Positions 58,217-64,000 of a stretch of DNA of 64,000 nucleotides are shown here, one piece after another. Every line of letters begins with the position of its first letter. The stretch's first letter is position 1. Location: assembly GCF_011386835.1 (NCBI RefSeq), contig NC_088798.1, forward strand, positions 109,430,001 to 109,494,000, read 5' to 3'. This DNA comes from Chrysemys picta bellii. Taxonomy: Eukaryota. The notes under the pieces were generated by a model, which searched no databases, had not been told where the DNA came from, and saw nothing but the letters and a program-made list of their open reading frames with translations. Both the position numbers and the translations under genes were made by a program.

Positions 58217-58500
58217 GTGAGACGGAAGTGTTCCTGGGAAGCACAGCAGTAACACTGGCTCCAAGCTCTCTTGCTGCTGCTTCCTGCTAGTTTCCCACTC
58301 TGGGGCTTCCTCCCTTCCTGGTCGGCCTGCCCACTGGTTTCCAATCAGGCGCTGAGTTCATATAATCCTGCATCTGCCTCGTACGTCCTTCTCGGGGGTT
58401 TCCTGGGGCGCGTCCTCTCCTGTGCAGGACACGCTATGCCTTGGCATTGAGGCCAGCTCCATGCCAGCCTGGTGCTCTGATCTTCTTGGTTGCTTTTCAG

Positions 58501-58644
58501 ACTCTGCAGGAGGAGAAGGTGCGCAAATCGGAATGCCTTCCACCAGAGCCGCACCCTGATGACCCAGAGAGTGTGAAGATCATTTTCAAGCTGCCCAACG
58601 ATTCCAGAGTGGAGAGGCGATTCCATTTCTCACAGTCATTAACG
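58501..58644 (+). CDS. FAF2: FAF2 exon 10 (UBX N-half)
   Basis: TLQEEKVRKSECLPPEP...VKIIFKLPNDSRVERRFHFSQSLT. Confidence 0.96.
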
Positions 58645-59134
58645 GTGAGGGGAGTCAGGAGTGGAAGGCGAGGGATGTCTGGAGCAGCAGCAGAATCCCA
58701 AATTCTTAAGCTGGCTGGACAGGCTGGGGGTGGCCACGCTCTCACCCTTGCTACAGCCTCAGTAGGCAGAGGTGATGTGCTTGCATGAGGGGGAGGGAAA
58801 GACCAGATGTCAAGCTGAAATACTGCTTATCCCCTCCTAAACGTGGGCTTCCTGCTGCTTCTCAGGCCGTGGGTCTGCTCTGGAGTTCCTAGGAGCACAG
58901 AGACCAGCCTCTGGCATGCCTCAAGCAGGGACTTGAAAAACAGCTGTCCCTAGTGGGCAGTCTGGTTCTGTGTCTTCGTGCAGGGTTCAGGTTGTCTTTA
59001 GTGTTTGACAAACTAAACGCTCCGACCGCTAAGAGACTAGCGGTCTGGCCCCCACACCAGCTGGGCGTTTGAGTACTTGAGAATTACTGCATGCTGCTTT
59101 TCCATTGGCAAATGCCTCTGTGCTTCCCTTCCAG

Positions 59135-59317
59135 GTGATCCATGACTTCCTGTTCTCCTTGAAAGAGAGCCCAGAGAAGTTCCAGATTGAGGCCAACTTC
59201 CCTCGCCGTGTCCTGCCCTGCCTCCCTACAGAGGAGTGGCCCAACCCCCCCACGCTGCAGGAGGCTGGACTCAGCCACACGGAAGTTCTCTTTGTTCAGG
59301 ACCTCACGGACGATTGA
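59135..59317 (+). CDS. FAF2: FAF2 exon 11 (UBX C-half, terminal)
   Basis: VIHDFLFSLKESPEKFQIEANFPRRVLPC...TLQEAGLSHTEVLFVQDLTDD stop. Confidence 0.96.
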   Translation: MIHDFLFSLKESPEKFQIEANFPRRVLPCLPTEEWPNPPTLQEAGLSHTEVLFVQDLTDD

Positions 59318-59846
59318 CACTTTTCCAAAACACGATGGAAGGAAAAATTCAGATTATAATACAATATTTTTTTTAAAGACTGCTGCGTACAAATGAGGGA
59401 TCAGAGACCACGTCACCCGTGCCAGCCATGCTGTGTGTCTGCGCTGGCGCGAGAAAGCTCACCTACTCCCACGCACAGTCATCCCCTTACACTTGAGGGC
59501 AGAGAGGGAGGGGGGCCACCATTGCCCTCCCCAGGGAAGGGCAGAAAAGGCAGCTCTCGGTCAATATTACTTTTACTAGACCCCCAAGGCCTGCCGTCCT
59601 GTGAAGATTTGATACTTTGCTGCTCCTGGTGGCCAAAGGACACTGCACCTGTGCTGGGGAGGGGAGGGATGGACAGAATTTCTTCAGCTTCCCACTGTGT
59701 ATAAAAACCTTCCTTTTACTAGTTCTCTTGCTTTGTAATGACCAAAGGAGACTGGAGTTGACAATGGTATTAATTTTTTGATAAAGAGCTGGTTGAAGTT
59801 CTTAACGCCATGGGATCTTGCCCAGGGTTCTTAGCCTGCGTAGTGT

Positions 59847-59852
59847 AATAAA
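59847..59852 (+). terminator. Candidate proximal FAF2 polyadenylation signal
   Basis: AATAAA 530 nt after the stop, followed by GT/T-rich sequence. Confidence 0.5.
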
Positions 59853-61714
59853 CTCTGCCTCTAGCGTGCCTGTGCTAATGCTTCTGGTGTCAGTGCTTTC
59901 CTCTCCACGTAGGCGGCTCCCATTCCAGCCGCAGAGCGTGGGGGGCACTCTGAGCTGGTTCTAATGACCAACCTGCACCCACCTGGAATGAATCTGGTTT
60001 TCACTCTGTGTTGCAAGGTTAATCTGGCTCTGTACTTGTCTTAATTCAGCCTTCTTGGCTCCAGTCGCTGTGGAGCAGCCACTGCCTGTGTCATGTCCAG
60101 TAGAATTGCAAAACTCAGCAGCTACTAACGTATAAAAATGGCTAATGCTCTTAGGAGATGAGGCAATCTAGGAACTCCTGCTGAGTGGGGCCCTATGAAG
60201 TGCAAGTGCTCTCCCTCGGGGGGCAGGGGAAGGCAGGCTGCCTTCACTTCGCTGGCTGTCCAAAACTTCATAGGGTTTGCCTAGGAGTGAGAGTCGGGAC
60301 TGACTAACTAGGGCTGGCCAGATGCTATTCGTGGAGTTGTCCAGTGCAGAAAGACAACACTGCCAGCTCTGCTAGTGCCTGCGCTTGCGTGGTGTGGGGA
60401 ATCGTTCCTGCATCTTACCAGCCCTAGAGAAGTAGAGCCACTCAAGCGCCTTCCTGGGCTGCAGCCTCCTTCCAGCTAGCACTGGGCTGCACAAGAAAGA
60501 GGGTTGGTTTGTCACTGTTATTGAGGTCTCTGAGCTGGCTCCTGAGTCAGGATGCAGAATTCCCCCCCTTCCCATTATGCTGCCGTGCGTCTGCATGGGG
60601 GAGTTGTGGACTGAGGGAGGGAGGTGACCTTGAGGTCTCTGGTGTGATGAGAAACAGGCAGGAGTGTTTCTGTTACACAGGTGCTAACCAGAGTCATTAC
60701 AACTGCAACTTACCTTCCTCATGTTGGCTGTTACCCCTTTCCCAAAAGGGCTTTGAGTTCCACAGAAGGTTAAGAGCAGAGCAAAGGAACGTTAATTAGT
60801 CCTTTGAAGGAAGCCTAACCCATTTGTCCTGTTGATTGTAGGTATGTCTGGCTGAGTTCCCGCTCCCTTGACCAGCCCACTGCTGAGAGTCTGTTACTTT
60901 CCCCTGGAAGGACCCAGGTACCAGGAACTATGAAGGCAGCAGACCTGCAAGGGAATTTATTGGTCCCCTTTCTTTGGCTGCGGCTCAGCCAGGCTGCCTG
61001 AAAATACTCTTGCATCTTTACTGGCCTTTTTTGCTGACAGAGTGGGAACAGCGCTCCGGGCCTTCTTAACTGAAGAACTCTACTGAAGAAGTGCTGCCCT
61101 GGGTCTTTACAGCCCCAGGTACTATCGCTGGGTATCAACCACAGATCCCTCCCTCCCCCCAGGGCTGCTTTGTCCTGCCTGACTCCCAACTCCCCTGCCA
61201 GCATGAGATTCCAGGCAGGTCACCTCACACCCATCTTCATTCCCTTGTTACTCAAGTGTGCAGCCAGGATTAAAGGAAGAGTTACTGCCGCTGGGGCGCG
61301 GAGCTCAGGGACTCTGTAATCCCTGCACTGAAAGCCCACCTGCAGCAGGCCTGTGCTCGCTCACCTTGGAGAGCCAACCTGTAGCATTTCACAACAGGAT
61401 GCTGCCAGCCGGCAGGTGCAGTTGATAGCCCCTGTGCATCTCCAGCAGCTGCCAGATCCCATCTTGGCGCCTGCTGTGACCAGCCGGCAATGGGGGGCTA
61501 TGCCCCTTGGAGCTTTGGCTCAGCCTGGAGAGGACATCTCACTGTTCTCAGACAGGACCCTGGGCTGGACTGATAGTGGAAGCTGCACGTGGGGGTACGC
61601 TAGCTGACCTCTCTGAAGGGGTAGCTGACTTCCTGTCTGGGAGCAGCCAGGGAGGAAGTGCCAGCCCACAGGAAGTGGAGACTACACTGAGCCATACTGA
61701 CAGGTGAACAGTCA

Positions 61715-62460
61715 GGCTGGAGGGAGGTTGTTAAAGTTCCACAGGGAGCTGTCTTGGGGCCAATCTTCAACAACATTTTCATTAATGACCGTGGCACAAA
61801 GTGGGAGGGTTGTAATAAAATTTGCAGATGACACAGCTGGGAGCTAGTGCCAATCTGGAAGAGGACAGGACTAGCAGACAAGATGTGGCTGCTGGGTATA
61901 ATAAAAATGGGATGAAATGTAATAGTGCACAGTGTAAGGTCATGCACTTAGACTAGCAACAAGAATTTTTGCTATAAGCTGGGGCTGTATCAGATGGGAT
62001 GACTATGAGCTGGCACTGTGATACAGACATGAAAAAAGCTAATGCAGTCCTAGGATGCCTCAGGTGAGGCATTTCCAGGAGAGAAGGGAAGTGTTAGTGC
62101 CATAATACAAGGCACTGGTGAGACCTCACTGGGAATAGTGTGTGTAGTTCTGGTCTCCCTTGTTAAGAAAGATGAAATCACACTGGAACAGATGCAGAGA
62201 AGATCAACTAGGATGATCTGAGGACTGGAAAACCTACTTTCTAAGAGGAGACTCAGAGAGCTTGGTCTAACTGAACAAAGGCTGAGTGGAGATAGGATTG
62301 CTCTCTATAAATACAGCAGGGAGGGAGAGGAGTTAAGGGCCAATGCTGGCACAAGAACAACCGGCTATAAACTGACCCTCAAGTTTAGGCTTGAAATTAG
62401 ACAAAGGTTTCTAACCATCAGAGAAGTTCTAGAACAGCCTCCCCAAGGGAGTAGTGGGGG
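61715..62460 (+). mobile_element. Old, degenerate CR1 fragment
   Basis: AAAATTTGCAGATGACACAG RT motif, ACAAGGCACTGGTGAGACCTCAC and AGGCTTGAAATTAGACAAAGGTTTCTAACC segments. Confidence 0.75.
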
Positions 62461-63144
62461 GCACAAATCCAAACTGGCTTCCACCCCTGCGGCCTGGCCC
62501 GGCCCGAGTGAAGCTGTGCTCACCTGCAGTACCTGAGCTGCACCTGGTGCTCAGAGCAGCCTGTAGCTTCGGTGTATTTCCACCCACCGGCTCCTCGTTA
62601 CTGCTGCAGCAAGCTGCTGGGGAGGGGACTGCAGAGCCCAGGTGCCCCTGACAGCATGGCAGAGAGCCCAGGACACTGTTTCAGCTGCTCGTGCAAACCT
62701 CATTTATCACCGGACGTGGAGCGGGTCCTTCCCAGGGCCTGGCCCCAGCCTGGCTGCCTGCTCCCATCAGTCACAGGGATCCAGCCGTGCCTCTCACTTG
62801 CAGGCTCCTGCCCCTGTGCTAATGCAGGCCCCCCTGTCCTACAATGCAACCCGGCCCCCTCCCCCATGCAGTGCCTGGAAGCTGCAGGCCCAGCATGCAG
62901 TGCAGAAGGGAAGCTAGAGCATTGCATGCTGGGACCTGTAGGCTCCAGGTCATGCTGCCTGGTGTGCTGGGTGTAGACTCGGTGCTGGGAAGTGGACGAT
63001 GTGATTGGCAGCTGGGGGAGCAGGTGCCGACCCCCATGATAAGAGGGTGAACAGCCAGGGCCCCGGGCTAGCATAAGCACAGGCTAGGGCCAGCATTGGC
63101 CAGAGGCAGCGAGAAGAGAGAGGCAGGGAGGCTGGGTACGGCGC

Positions 63145-64000
63145 GTTGGTATACATCATACATTTATTAGTGAATATCCCTCTCAAAATCAGCCACAACA
63201 TTAAAAAAAATAATGATTGCACTACTTGATCAAGCCGAACTAGCAACTTTCATTTTAAAAAAAGTACAAATCTGTTAAAAATTTCAATCCGTATAATACA
63301 CATATATATAATACAACAGACTAGGTATGTTAAATGCTACAAAACCAATATGAGTCCAATGGAATGGAAAAAAACACTTTTCGAGCTTTAAGAACCTTTT
63401 TCTCNNNNNNNNNNNNNNNNNNNNNNNNNNNNNNNNNNNNNNNNNNNNNNNNNNNNNNNNNNNNNNNNNNNNNNNNNNNNNNNNNNNNNNNNNNNNNNNN
63501 NNNNNNNNNNNNNNNNNNNNNNNNNNNNNNNNNNNCGTCCTAGCACCATCCAGGGGGGCCGCTGAGCTGTCCCTCTGGAGGGCCTGGGGACTGGAATAAT
63601 AGAACAGTAAACAGTCCACTACCCCACCACAGGAACTCATTGGTAACAGTGGTATCTACAGCGCAATCAGCAATCACAAACATCCTAAATAATTGGGGGG
63701 CTGTTTTTAAATGAGACCTTAGCTGCTCATTGGAATAAATTCTGCAGCACACGAGCTGTGAGCTTTCGAGTCACCATCAAAAGAACCGTAAGGCTTTTCA
63801 CCGGGCATCTTAAAGGGGGGTTAAAACAGGTGGATGCCAACACTGCTCCGATTGGCTATACACAGAGAAACGTCACCTGCGGCTATGTACAGAAGAGACC
63901 TTTGGTTAGTCGTGTCCGTGAAATAAAAACGTTGAAAACGGGGGAGGAGGGGCTGGCCGGGGCACCTGGTCCCCCAGGAGCTGCTGGTGTCTGTGCGGTT
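63145..64000 (-). other. AU-rich terminal 3' UTR of a convergent gene (RNF44 by synteny only)
   Basis: Abrupt AT-rich shift with minus-strand AATAAA at 63163-63168; no coding sequence in the window. Confidence 0.5.
63405..63535. other. Assembly gap (131 N)
   Basis: Run of n characters. Confidence 0.99.

Overview
Vertebrate genomic DNA, almost certainly a turtle: it carries the tRNA-head/CR1-tail tortoise Pol III SINE, turtle-type CR1, Harbinger and Penelope repeats, and gene order matching human 5q35.2. Five protein-coding genes were reconstructed exon by exon from splice sites and reading phase: ARL10 (+, 4 exons), NOP16 (-, 5 exons, 180 aa), HIGD2A (+, 2 exons, 101 aa), CLTB (-, 6 exons including the 54-nt neural exon, 222/204 aa) and FAF2/UBXD8 (+, 11 exons, 445 aa, one GC-AG intron). 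The window edges hold a probable non-coding first exon of a minus-strand gene (KIAA1191 by synteny) and an AU-rich minus-strand 3' UTR (RNF44 by synteny). Three head-to-head CpG-island promoters are present. FAF2 introns are packed with mobile DNA. Highlights: (1) Penelope-like elements and five ultra-short fold-back derivatives carrying a minimal hammerhead ribozyme, with 11-14 bp TSDs and, in two copies, inversion junctions at the predicted cleavage site; (2) a very young non-autonomous LTR element (apparently identical LTRs, CTAG TSD, tRNA-Ala PBS, possible second tRNA-pairing site, 101-bp leader repeats) inserted in a CR1 and itself hit by a hammerhead hairpin, with the other LTR as the empty site; (3) candidate extra exons in CLTB and ARL10. 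All coordinates were counted by eye; repeat boundaries are approximate and nothing was checked against a database.
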